Positions 14,799-26,757 of a stretch of 64,000 nt of DNA are shown piece by piece. How positions within the stretch are numbered: position 1 is the stretch's first letter; each line of letters begins with the position of its first letter. Under the pieces are notes generated by a model. It worked only from the letters and a program-made list of their open reading frames with translations, searched no databases and was not told the origin of the DNA. Source of the stretch: Lingula anatina. Its lineage: Eukaryota > Animalia > Brachiopoda. The translations under genes and the position numbers were made by a program. The DNA lies in NCBI GenBank assembly GCA_051362555.1, contig CM120648.1, positions 13,016,587 to 13,080,586 on the forward strand, in the 5' to 3' direction.

Positions 14799-15489
14799 AT
14801 GTATATATGTGTGTATGTTTGTATATATGTATCATGCAATTCTGTCTAATTGTACAGTGTAATATAAAGTTATTATGACAGAAAGATAATTAGGGGAAAA
14901 AGGATGTAAGACAAAAACGAAAAATCCTACTGTTTATGTTAAACTTCTTCATTTCTTTTCATGGGAATAAGTCTTTTAAAATGTTGTTTCACGTCATGGC
15001 ACTCACTGCTTTATATTTACTTGGTTGTTTAGTGTTTCACAGGCCCTTTGGGAGAGAAGTGAATAACTGAGGTGTCGTGCCAGTTAGAACCTATAACATG
15101 CATTGCCTTTTACAATTTTAGTTAGATCAGAATTAGAATTAAAATTCTATTATTTATATGACTTGCCAATGTTCTCGAATCATCTTAAAAAACATGTATT
15201 CAAAACCAAAATTTAAAAGAAACATATGAATAAGGTGAGTCGTTCGATACTCGGAGGTCAATGTTCCTGTCACAAATACTTCATTCTTGTGCCCAGTATT
15301 TCCCTGGTTATCGTTACAGGCTACATACATGACGTCACCGGAAGCTACAGCGCAGCTTTCCTGTCCGTTGCGTCAAGCTTCGGGGTGTTTGTAACGGCAA
15401 CATTGGTGCTCATATGTATCAACAAGTTTCGGGACATGCAGAGTCTTGACGAGGAAATGCAACAAGTCACGGGGTTGAGCTCAAGATAA
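8487..15489 (+). CDS. SLC16/monocarboxylate-transporter-like MFS protein, about 433 aa, 7 exons
   Basis: Exons 8487-8643, 9476-9787, 12237-12414, 12738-12852, 13103-13328, 13630-13773 and 15320-15489 join in frame; the exon 3/4 junction is least certain. SLC16-type motifs: DG..RGW at TM1, [52 protein letters not shown]. About 12 hydrophobic segments. Confidence 0.88.
9934..11595 (-). mobile_element. Tc1/mariner DNA transposon, full length, transposase decayed (SLC16 intron 2)
   Basis: TIR CAGACTTGACATTTAATATGGAATAT at both ends with TA flanks. Minus-strand fragments ([39 protein letters not shown]; [32 protein letters not shown]) match the Tc1 DDE domain (W...SPDLNPIE..W) but are broken by frameshifts. 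Confidence 0.9.
11688..12097 (+). mobile_element. Non-autonomous Helentron/DINE-1-like (HINE) element
   Basis: 5' TTATTACCTCCGACTAGGAGG hairpin, short GTTT/GTCT tract, 3' subterminal repeat TGGCAGAGGT followed by a short stem-loop and ...TTTCTAGTT. Confidence 0.7.
13825..14705 (+). mobile_element. Internally deleted copy of the same Tc1 element (SLC16 intron 6), opposite orientation
   Basis: Same TIRs and TA flanks. The sequence is the reverse complement of 9934-11595 without the segment at about 10625-11380. A (TA)n tract follows. Confidence 0.9.
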
Positions 15490-16671
15490 ATTTCATCGTA
15501 TTTTTTAATCATGTGATATATGTATAATTTGCAAATGTTTTAAAAAATAGAAACTACCGTAACGACCATCTGAGCTTTGAGTAAGATAATTGTTTATTTA
15601 AGTTTCCATTTTGGGGAACAATTATTAAACCATATTTCATATGATCCAGTTAAGTTTTATTTTTCAAACTGCAGCGACAGTATAATCACCAGGTTTAGTC
15701 ACGTTGGCTTATCTAGGTTAAATCGAACAACAGGTGTAACGAAACTGAGGGTCCGTGTAAAAGAAAGTCCGCCCTCCATATAGTTGTAATGGTTAGTGGT
15801 TGTCTGACATATGTGGGTCAAAATCTAGGGCGAGGCTCACCTGTACAAATGAATGCGAAACAGACACTCTGTTATGGGGGACTCTGTCACTTTACACCGG
15901 CACATAGCAAAATTAATCAATTCTTGGTTCTGTTTAAAAGGCGGTTTGTCGCACCTGTACATGTACATTACAACATCACGAGACTAGTATTATAACAATT
16001 CCATTAAATTTTTGTAAACGTTAGCTTTGATCATGTCGATGAAATTTTGCTTTTAATGCTTTGGCTTTTGCATTTTAATGTAATACAATAGCAAAATACC
16101 ATCATCATTAAAATCGTCGCCTAATTAACCTCTCTCATTATCAAAATTATCATGCCGTTCACGGAATAATACAGAACAAATTTGTTAACTGATACATTGT
16201 ACCGGTACTTGCTTTTTTTTTTAAATAATAGCATTGCTTTCCAGCACAAAATGTAAATACTTTCAATGGGTCATTGGAAGGAATCAACTGTAACAAAATA
16301 ATAATCGATCTCAAATTGCGAACATGTAATGTAGCATAAGGCACATATATATTACGCAATGGTGCATTAAATGGTATTCTTTATTTTGATCGGTATGCAC
16401 TGAATGAGTAAATACTTAAGAAATTTTATGAAAAGTTAAATTTGAAAACCGATGCAACCATTAAGAGAAAATTTATTTTTCCACTTTTCCACAAATGAAG
16501 ATATATATTTTACATCATTGAGTATATTTTACATCATTGAGTATGTTATTTTACTTTTTGAGCAGGATTCACGACTATTGTTTACATTTCTCCAACCTTT
16601 GTACGAATAGCCAATAGCGATATCATTCTAGATGTCAGTGTTACAAATTGTAAAATGTGAGTAAAACATAT

Positions 16672-17990
16672 TCATTGTAAGTACTGGAATGTCTTAACTT
16701 TGCCCCACTGCTCTGCCACCACCAGCTGACCAGCAGGATTGATGGCTAATGCTGTGGGATACTTCAACCCATCATCCTTAGTGACGATGTATTTGACAAA
16801 CTCTCCTTGTGGATTCAGTGCCACTATCCTGTGGTTAAGAAAGTCAGCAACGAAGATGTGACCATGGTTATCTGTGCATACTCCATGTGGTACGCTCAGC
16901 TTAACATCACTACTGCCTCGATCTGGTTTCTTCACCTGATCATCACCACTGTCTCCGTCTGGTTTCTTCAGCTGACCATCACCACCGTCTCCGTCTGGTT
17001 TCTTCAGCTGACCATCACCACTGTCTCCGTCTGGTTTCTTCAGCTGACCATCACCACCGTTTCCGTCTGGTTTCTTCAGCTGACCATCACCACTGTCTCC
17101 GTCTGGTTTCTTCACCTGATCATCACCACTGTCTCCGTCTGGTTTCTTCACCTGATCATCACCACTGTCTCCGTCTGGTTTCTTCACCTGACCATCACCA
17201 CTGTCTCGTGTGACATACTGGTACAGCTGATCACCGGTAGGTGACAGCACATGTACGCTCTTAGTGCCCCAGTCTGATATCACAATGTTATCATTCACAC
17301 TGTTCATTGTTATGTACGCAGGATAAATACACTTACTGAGTGGAATAATATCCATGAGCTGTCCACTGCTAGCATGGAACGTGAAGATGGATTTCTCTAT
17401 CATGTCACAAACCATCACGTGACCTTGTCTGTTCAGTGTAATGCCAGATGGCATCTCCAGTTGACCCTCACCCATGGTTGCCACCTGCTGACCAATGGCG
17501 GAGTACACTTTGACACATTTGTCACCCGGTGATGTTATATACAGGTGACCAGTCTGTGACACAGCAACGTTATATGGGCTTTTTACTTTTATGTCAAACT
17601 GAAAGTGACCTTCATCTGTAAATACAAGTGTTCTGTTAGTTGTGATTTCAGCAAGAAAAATATGTTGTTTATAAATGGCCAGTCCACTAATGGATATGTT
17701 TTCTGCATCATTCTGTTTAGGATTGAAGGAATGCACACACACTGCCTTCTCCAAGAGAGGAGAAAGATTTATATCCGATTCTTGATTTGTTCCTTGTTCA
17801 GCCAATGTAGGTTGTGACTGTTCTGTCATCTGGCCTGACATGGCTTCCTGTATGCCAGAATATGTAGATATCTTACCTGGGCTGTAGAATATCTTTGGAG
17901 GTGGGTCTGGTATCGGTGCAGGTATAGCTGCCAGGCTCGCAATCAGAGGTTTTACATGTAAGTGAACCGTGCCATGTCTATATGACTGTT
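16672..17990 (-). CDS. NHL-repeat beta-propeller protein (like the C-terminus of TRIM2/3/71), large single exon; first in-frame ATG at 17841, frame open to about 17990
   Basis: 389-aa ORF with NHL blades (PYNVAVSQTGHLYIT, PSGITLNRQGHVMVCD, PHGVCTDNHGHIFVAD..NHRI, PTALAINPAGQLVVAE) ending KVKTFQYLQ. No RING or B-box exon found in the window. Confidence 0.88.
16922..17207. repeat. 36-bp coding minisatellite, about 8 units (DGDSGDGQLKKP)
   Basis: Unit GTCTCCGTCTGGTTTCTTCA(C/G)CTGA(T/C)CATCACCAC(T/C) repeated in frame inside the NHL ORF. Confidence 0.95.
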
Positions 17991-18410
17991 TTCAAATATA
18001 CAAATCTCTATTGATCTCTAACAACCTAGCTAGTTTTGGTCAATGATAGGTAATTTTTTTCTGTTCACTGCTGGTGTTGTAGCCTTGATTAATAGCGATT
18101 GCAGTAGCATAAGCACACACTCAGTGTATCCTTAAAGTAACCTTATGTCACTCCAGATTTTCAGGCATAAGTACCGTTGTTATCAAAATCTCCACAGTCG
18201 ACGTCATATAACTTCTTCTATTCCCCTTATAAAAGTTTAAAGTAAGACAAAACATGTTTATTACCTGTCGCTGGCCTGGCCATAGCAACTGTCAGGTCAG
18301 TTGGAAAAGTTATTGTGTGTTGGTTGTTGATGTAGTCGCATTGGGTTAACCGGGTACTCTCAGGTTCAGGTTAATATGGAACAAATAGGTCCATACATAC
18401 GGATGTGTCT

Positions 18411-18445
<35 letters not shown>

Positions 18446-19007
18446 AAAAAATACGCATCCATAATTGCTGGCACACCTATATTAGAGGGATTTTAGTGGA
18501 AAGTTTCCCAGTACATTTATATTCTTGGGGCTATTATTATTATTATTATTATTGTTGTTATTGTTGTTGTTGTTGTTTTTAACTTACAGGGTAATACTTG
18601 CCAAATGCAGTATGGCGATTCCACTCATCAACCACAAAAAAGTGGTACGACAGTCCTATAAATGCCTACATTTGACAATAGTCTCTTTTTTCTATTTCTT
18701 TTATGTCAAATATTTATTTTTATATTAGTGCAATAAAATGAAAAACTTTATGGAGTTAAAAGACCCCGTTTTGCTGGTTTTTTCACCACCCACACACCCT
18801 CTGCCTTAAAGGTCTACTCCCATCATTAAGATCAAATGAAGTTAAAAATAAACAAAGATCTTTCAAAGTAAATTCAACACGCTGGAAAATGGACGTGCAT
18901 GTGACAAACTGCAAAGGTACTGTAATCATGCAGCAAGAAAACAGCGCCAACAAGTCGGGCGTGTGTCTTGGGTGTGGGGGTACACACACAGCTGTGCACA
19001 ACACACC

Positions 19008-19466
19008 AACCCGCACGAAAACGCAATAGATACTCCAGCGCAGTAGATACTCCAATCATACTGCAAACATGCCTCAAATCTGCTTCGACGTGGGAGCTAA
19101 TTAGCATATTTGAAACATGCTTCTATCATGCTGCTAATCTACTGCATTAATGCTCCTCTCTGTACAAACCTATATACTTTTTGCAGGGGCGGATTTAGGC
19201 CGTCTTCTGGGTCTTCTGGAAGACGGTCAGATTTTCAAGTTTACATTGACGGGTGTCTAATTTTTTCTGTCGGAAGACGGTCAAAAATGGAGGACGAATC
19301 AACAAAGATAATTTGGAAGACTGTCAGAAGATTTCTCTGGATCCGCCCCTGTTTTGAAGTAGAATTGCAGTAGGCTATACTGCATTTCTACTGCAAATAT
19401 GCTCCACACCACTACTGCGTTAATGCTTCTTTGCTACTTCGATACTACTGCATTTTCGTGCGGGTT
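19008..19466. mobile_element. TIR MITE carrying a nested CAGGGG MITE
   Basis: AACCCGCACGAAAACGCA...TGCATTTTCGTGCGGGTT inverted ends; internal short CTACTGCA-type repeats. Confidence 0.65.
19184..19351. mobile_element. About 170-bp MITE family with CAGGGGCGGAT termini (hAT-like), copy 1
   Basis: CAGGGGCGGATTTAG...CTGGATCCGCCCCTG with TTTTG on both sides. Related copies at 22464-22636, 34978-35151, 46884-47050 and 57929-58095. Confidence 0.85.
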
Positions 19467-20024
19467 AAGGCTGGGCCAGCACTTAAACTAATTATACATA
19501 CCTGTATAAATCGAAACTGTACGTACAGTTAGGTCATACAGTCTTGGCACATACAATCATTTGGGTCGAACACGATGTTACGGTTTTCACAACCTTGCTT
19601 GATATGCCATTAGCTCGAATTGGCAAGTTTATGCTGATGTCTCTTCGATGTGACAGAACTATCTTTCAAAACGACCAAGTTTATTTTCGCGTTTTCTAAA
19701 CCAAAACGTACGAAAAATTCATACATATCGAAACCCCTTTAAGTTTACTTTAAAAGCAGCTAACAGGCTATAAGGAATATTAAGCCTTTGTTATTATTTG
19801 TTTTGCTTTGTGTGAAAGTATGTGAAAGAAAACATTCAAAGTGCCCCTGTTAAGGTGTGGCGTGATTCTATCGCAGAGACATATAATGTGAAAGCTGTTA
19901 TATCAAAATGAAAGTACAGTGTACATATTAAGTATTGTTTTCAGTCAATAGAATGAGTATCCTGGTGATAATTATTACATATTAACTTTGCAATCTGTGC
20001 CCAAATTAAGCGGAAGTTTTAGGA

Positions 20025-20160
20025 GGGTTAGTGGTGTGGGTGAGTTCACACAGGGCAGTTTAGGCCCGTTTACCTGGGTTAGTGGTGTGGGTGAGTTCAC
20101 ACAGGGCAGTTTAGGCCCGTTTACCTGGGTCAGGGGTGTGAACAAGTTCACACAGGGCAG
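20025..20160. repeat. 51-bp tandem repeat, about 2.7 copies
   Basis: GGGTTAGTGGTGTGGGTGAGTTCACACAGGGCAGTTTAGGCCCGTTTACCT starting at 20025, 20076 and (diverged) 20127. Confidence 0.9.
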
Positions 20161-20769
20161 AAGCTAAACCATGGGAAATATTTGCTTGATCTAATTACCA
20201 CCACGTTTTATGCTCTTCTGTTACTGTGGAAATCTATTAAAGGTGACAAATACAGGGCTTCGTATTCATGGGAATTCAAAGCCCCACCTTGGAAATACAA
20301 CCTATATAGATGTCCTCTGCTATACTCCTTATACGTACACTTGCTCTCAAGCATAAACGTACACGTAAAGTCTGTGCGCAGTGTTGTGTTTTACCGATTT
20401 AGAAATGCAAAAATATGCCAGTGTTTGAAAAGGAGAAATTAAAAATAAATGTACATTACTTTTAAAAAGTCCATGTTCATAAAAAAAGAAATAAACATAC
20501 ATTTAATTTGTCTTTTCTTCGATTATTTGCTGAAATTAAAAAATAATACAAGATCATATATATGTTAGATGATAAATGTGATGATAATATTAACTTTTTT
20601 ATTTATTTGCGGAGAGGTGATGAAATTAAGGATAAGTTAAGATTACAAGGATATGCGTTTCTCAAAGTATTGTAAGTACACAGTTTCTGTCCAAGTTTGA
20701 TTTCACAATGTATACATGACGTAGGCCTATACATTCACACTGTTCACTGCGATGTACATTGGGTATTGA

Positions 20770-21400
20770 GTCAAACTGAGTGGAATAGTGTTCAGGAGCT
20801 GTCCACTGTCTGCATGGAACGTGAAGATAGATTTCTTCTTATTGTCACAAACCATCACATGACTTTGTCTGTTCAATGTAAATACCCCATGGATCCTCCA
20901 GTGGACCCTGACCCATGGTTGTTAGGTGCTGACCTCTATTGGAAAACACTTGGATACATTTGTCATCTTGTGATGCTACATGTATATACAGGTGACTATA
21001 TGTGACACAGCCACATCATATGGTTTAAACATGAATCATCCAGCATGTGAGGATACATTTGTTCTTTAATTTATTTTGTCCACTATAAACATGTGTTGAC
21101 AATCTACGGCCAAACCAGTTATGAGCATGCATCGATCAACTTTCGGTTTAGCAGTGAAATAGGACAAGTTTACTGCGTTCTCTAAGAAAACGGGAGGGTG
21201 CAATTCTGATCTAGGATTTACCCTTGGTCTTGGAAGTTGTGCCTGTACTGTCACCTGCCCCAACATGGCTTCCAGCACGACAGTAGATATTGTACCAGGA
21301 CTAAACGACTTCTGTGCAGGTGAGTCTAGAGTAAGTATATTCTCCACCGATCGCCTCTAGTCTTTCTATCTGGTGTTTTACGTGAACCATGCGATATCAG
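20770..21400 (-). pseudogene. Decayed, 3'-truncated paralogue of the NHL gene
   Basis: 20775-21020 closely matches 17336-17580 (e.g. GCATGGAACGTGAAGAT..TGTCACAAACCATCAC). The ORF SFSPGTIST..EAMLGQVT..FLENAV..ITGLAV..QHMF aligns to YSPGKIST..EAMSGQMT..LLEKAV..ISGLAI..QHIF. It has stops and indels and lacks the last blades. Confidence 0.8.
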
Positions 21401-21904
21401 AGTCAGTGCCATTTTTACAAGTTGCAATATTGCTAGCATGCACTTTATTTGGTATAACTGTAAATACAACAAGTGGAAAGCAGATACAGGGTATGGGCAA
21501 CAACTGATACCCAGATCATCGTCATCTCTTCATCGTTAAAAGCTTTGGACATAATCATTTTTATGTCCAAGTTAAAAGTAATGTTTTCTTACTGTGTATT
21601 ATTCTGTCATTGCATGAAAAATGTGCATTTCGTGTGTGGTTATTATTTTCCAGAAGATTTTTTAAAAACCGTGTTGTAAAATTATCATTTTTGGAAGATG
21701 TGGAATACAAACACATTTTCCAGTTAATACACAGGCGCATCGTTTTTCTCCTCCACAATGAGATAACCCGCAATCCTCTCTAGCACAATGAGAAATCCTC
21801 TCTAGCACAGTGAGAAAACCCGCAATCGTAACATGAAGACAAGGCTGTCGCCGTCTTGGAGTTAAAGATAAAGATTCCGTTTGAACTTTACCCCATGATG
21901 GGGT

Positions 21905-22115
21905 CATGTCGATACTCCCCCACACCGATACTCCCCCGCACTGATATTCCCCCTTAGTAATTTTTTGTATTATGCGCATCGATACGACCCCACACCGATA
22001 GATCCCCGCATCGGTACATCCCCGCACCGATACTCCCCCTCAGTATATCTGTAATTGTGGGGGGAGTATTGGTGCGGGGATGTACCGGTGCGGGGGAGTA
22101 TCGGTGCGGGGACGC
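21905..22115. mobile_element. Palindromic MITE-like element built of CCCCGCACCGATACT subrepeats
   Basis: C-rich CCCC(G/A)CACCGATACTCCCCC repeats on the left, their reverse complements GGGGGAGTATCGGTGCGGGG on the right. Confidence 0.6.
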
Positions 22116-22463
22116 ATAGGCATGTATGATCATTGCGTTCCCTCGCAAAGATTGCGACCGAACGTAATAGATATTGAGTTTGACGGATGATTTTTTTTTT
22201 TTTTTTTTTTGCTTGTTTGCATGTCCCTTTAAACGCTTCGTACGAATCACTCTCATCTGTGGAACTCTTCCCCTCTAAGGTATTCTGGATATTTCTCTTC
22301 CTCGAGTATTTCATTGTTTTGTATTAGTTTGTCATATTCTGATCTGATAAATACTTTGAGTGGAATTTTTAGAATAAAATAGCATGTACATAGGTAGTGT
22401 AGGAATCCTGGTGGGGTCGTTTACGACGCCAGCACTATTTTGTTTCTACGGTAGTACGTAAGA

Positions 22464-22636
22464 CAGGGGCAGACGGAAGCCATTTTGTTTGCGTTTTCCG
22501 GAAAACAGTCAGAAATTTTTCCAGTTTACATCGACGGGCACATATTATTTACTGTTGGATGACGGTCAAAATTAGAAGATGGATCAACAAAAATAATTTT
22601 GAAGACTGTCAGAAAATATCTCTGGTTCCGCCCCTA
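22464..22636. mobile_element. Diverged copy of the CAGGGG MITE
   Basis: CAGGGGCAGAC...TCTGGTTCCGCCCCTA with the same internal sequence; flanks TAAGA/TAAAA. Confidence 0.7.
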
Positions 22637-23347
22637 TAAAATAACCATAAACGATACAAAATCTGTTAACATATCTCCTGAAAGCTGACAAAATGTGACA
22701 AATTCGTGAAATCTCATGGAAACACATGGTACGCAAAAAATATATATAAATAAATAAATAAAAAAATACACTAACAGACATGCGCCTGGGGTCGTAAACG
22801 CGACACCACCCGGTGCGAACAGGGTTAAATAATTAAAATTTGTCTGCATGGTTTCAAAGCCTCCTTGACATAGATCTGACGAATCTTTTTGCCCTATCAT
22901 TTGTTTTGTCAGTCGATGATTTCAAAGTACAACATCACTGAACGACTCCAGTATATTATTTTCTCATGACAAGTTATTCAGTGCAGTTCTCGGTTATCAC
23001 GCACATATAGGCCTACTCGGCTGGTAAGGTGTTTAAGTAAAGAAGTGTAAGCTCATGGAGCCTTGGGTCGCTTGCACCTGCTTAAAGTGCTGTCGGTTAT
23101 CATGTAATTATTAAATGTTAGCTGTGACCGAGACCTAGAATTTAAAACCAATTGCTGATTAAATGTGATTTGCTAAGCCACTTTGTGCGGTGTACGTCTG
23201 GTTAAATCACTGTCACCTGTGGCTATCGTTACTATGCACTTTTCATGGCGGCTTTTTATTATCAAGGAAAATTATTTTGTTTTCAAAGTGACAGTAAGAA
23301 TCATAGGCAAAATGCAGCTTGGTTTTGAAACCCAGCCTAATTATGTT

Positions 23348-23398
<51 letters not shown>

Positions 23399-24202
23399 TT
23401 TTCATTTTGCTGCATTTATTTCCTATAATGGAATAAAGAACACATGAAAATCAAATGAAGTCAAATTTTGGTGATGAAAGATGAATAAAAACTTTTTATT
23501 TATCACTGGCCTGCAGATGTGTTCCACTCTGTGACATTTTATTCCATTCACATTCATATATACTTAATATGCATAACTGGATTATATTTTTTCTGTCAAA
23601 AATAATATAGTACCGGTATTACTGGATATGGTAAGGTATCCATTATATTTGCTCTAACTTGTCTAATTTATCTCAGCATTCGTATAGATACTTGTACGTG
23701 ACTTGTCCTAAATATTAGTAAATGTAGCACTACACAGGCTTTGTTTGCAAGTATAATGTATGAAGGCAGTGTGCCTTAGAACCTCTCTCTCTCTATATAT
23801 AAGGTGGCTGGACTAGGAAGAGGGGAAAATTTTTTCAAAGCAAATCCATATTATCTTTTAGATGCTTATACAACCTTATAAAACAGATGATTTTTTTCTT
23901 GCCACATCCGAATAAATATCTTAGTAATAAGATACTTGCTGAGGACTAGAAAGATTATAAATAATTCATTTTATAGATTCAGATCTTAGTCATTAACGGA
24001 AAAAAATGATATCAGAGAAGGAAAAAAAAAAGACAAATGATGGATGCAAACAGAATTATATGATATTTAATTAATAATAACCACAGTATATATGTAAGGA
24101 TCATTCTGGTTATTAAACTTAACAATAACTAATGACTTCTAGGTACAAGTAACAAAAACGACTGCTTTATTGGTTACTTAAGATGTGCTATCTAATGCAT
24201 AA

Positions 24203-24430
24203 GGGGCTGTTCAGAAAGAGTTGAGTTTATCAAGCTAGTGCACACCTCATGTAATTCCACAGAGACTCCCGCTAAATGGACTTTAACGAACCCTCAAAAC
24301 CACCAGCTTCTGTTTTCTACTCATCATCAGGAGGGCATGTTAGTCTGTTAATCTGATTGCATTCAGCAAGATCACCAGTAGAGTTAGTGCACACTAGCTA
24401 GTTACAGCTTTTTTCATTCTGAATGGCCCC
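24203..24430. mobile_element. Tourist/PIF-Harbinger-like MITE
   Basis: GGGGCTGTTCAGAA...TTCTGAATGGCCCC inverted ends with TAA/TTA flanks. Confidence 0.6.
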
Positions 24431-24519
24431 TTATTAATTTTTTATGGGAGCAAAGGACACGTTATGATCCTGCACTTGTAGCCATGTATGGGACATTTGT
24501 CAATGTACAAAGTAGTGGG

Positions 24520-24690
24520 GAATGGACTACAGTTCCTTGCAAACTACAATTCCTATCATACTGTCTCTGATTTCAATTTTCCCATCCCTCCCCAGTGTGT
24601 CTACGATATTAAGGTCAGCTTCCTTGATATCACCACTGTCTCAACAGAGAATGATATCATATCTTTACATACAGGTTTCAGGGACAATTA
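24520..24690 (+). mobile_element. Possible Penelope-like reverse transcriptase relic
   Basis: Translation LQFLANYNSYH..F....KVSFLDITTV resembles the PLE RT segment F...lN..h..ikFT....i.FLDv.v; short and decayed. Confidence 0.4.
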
Positions 24691-25556
24691 AATAAATTTA
24701 GTATCCACTGAGTATACTCTACATAGTCGTTTTGAGAAGACTGCCTTTGCAATAACCTTGTTGACCTTGAGTAACACAATGGAAAATTATCAAAGACAAA
24801 TTTCCCCTTTTTTGGTACAAGTCTCTCTTTTGTAATACTGCTTCCCACCTGCAGCATTAACAATCAACAAAAATGTAGTAACTATTGTTACATTTGCACC
24901 TAAGTTTACCTAGTTCAAGGTCACAACCTTATATGGACAAACACATGACCTTAAAGTGATAAAAAACCAAATTAGAAAAAAAACTATATCAGACTTTGAA
25001 CACTTAGGGAAAAACAATCATACAGGGCTTTGGATTTCCCTTAGGCACTCTAAATGAGGAGTCCTTTGTCATGAAAATGTTGTCACATCATATCCACTTT
25101 AAAAATATTTTCAATTCCAGAATCCCTGAAAAGGGGTACCTCGGAAGCTAAATGAGGGTTTTTTGGCCTGGTGTACCCTCACCTGCAACAACTAAACCCA
25201 ATTTCTACAATATTCTCCCTTTAAATAATCTTAATACTAGATTATAGTACTAAAATAATAAGCAGTATTTTTTATCAAGTATATAGTAAAATATATATTT
25301 TGATCTAATATTATTGATTTTTTTTGTACTGCATCACAGGTAACTTTCAGAAAAAAAAGAAAGTAACAATTATGTATTGTTTTGCTTTTCTATAAATGGA
25401 TTTCTACAAAAGATAATTACAAAAATCAATTATTTTATTCACCATCTTCTAAAAGATCAACTGACTGTGGATGTTTGAAATGTGCAATGATGGGTAATGG
25501 CATCCTTTTGTTTATAAAAGGGGAAATATGTTACTAAATAAAAAATGCAATGTTCT

Positions 25557-26720
25557 TTACACTACTTTGTGCTCATCTGACGGGCGATGCTCAAACTCGT
25601 AATCAAGATGCACAAACGCTCGTTCCACCTCTGGAAGACGCTCCAGTTTCTGCTGTAATGGTTCACCTATGTCATGCGCTTCTTTCAAGGTCATAGTCTC
25701 GGGAAGAACAATATCGACTTCTACGATGTAATTGTTACCAAAATGGAATGCACGGACAGTGTCTATCTGTTGTATCTTTTCGCTGTGGTTTAATCCGATC
25801 CATGTTAACTTCTGTAGGAACTTTGGATTTGCAGTGTAGCCCGTGAGAAGTTTGATTTGCTCTGAAATTTATGATAATATTTATTATTGTTATTTATTAA
25901 TTTATCCCATATGCAATAGACATGAACATGTACTGATCCCCCACCACCACATTTCAGTAAAACTGAAGACCAGCAACTTGATAACTAAGTTAATATGAGT
26001 GGAATTTTACAACCTATGGTAAGTACCATCACAAAAGAACTTTTGTCCAAAACTTGGATTTATGTTTCATACTAAGCTAAGCTACACCCATTCAATGGAA
26101 TGATGATTATACAATGCTTGTAGTACTAATAGTAAGTCATTTTTGTAATGAAATGAGGAACAGATAATATAAGCAGGTCAATTTACGCCCAGAAATTTAA
26201 AGAGGAAGCAGTTTTAAAGTTCTACAATGGCTAATCAAGTGAATTAACTTGGTTCACCCATGGGCATGTCCATTTCCTTTTAGTCATATAAGAAACTAAT
26301 ACAGGTGGTTTATATGTGTTACATAAAATGTATTGATTCTCTGCTAATTTACCTCGAGTCCGAGTAGACTGAAAATTTAGTTCAACATTAATGTCTGGGC
26401 TATAGTTCTTTTGTGACAGTGCAAGCCCCTCATGGTGAAAACTGCCAGTAAAAACAGTTGGCTCAAATCTATGACATAGTGCTAAATGTGTTTATGTAAC
26501 ACATTAACAAAGAACAACATTTTCAAATTTAATTTAATTATTTTAAATGGAATTGAATCTCATTTCTTTTTAGAAATGTTAAAACACCTATATTCTGTTT
26601 TAGTTAACACATAAAGAGTATGGTCTTGAATGTCATTCGTATGACAATGACAGTATTTATACAAACATATTGAAACATGATAAAGAACACACAAACATGC
26701 ACACACACATACCAATACAC

Positions 26721-26757
<37 letters not shown>

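Noticed and set aside
16922-17207. 36-bp periodic repeats (and the 146-bp array) as a CRISPR array
   Set aside because: Head-to-tail repeats with no unique spacers, no cas genes and a eukaryotic context.
16807-17244. Plus-strand 145-aa ORF with ITTVSVWFLQL repeats
   Set aside because: Antisense shadow of the 36-bp NHL repeat; the minus frame carries the recognisable domain.
22780-22830. piggyBac-like end ...GGGTTAA (also at about 46107)
   Set aside because: No matching TTAACCC left end could be identified.
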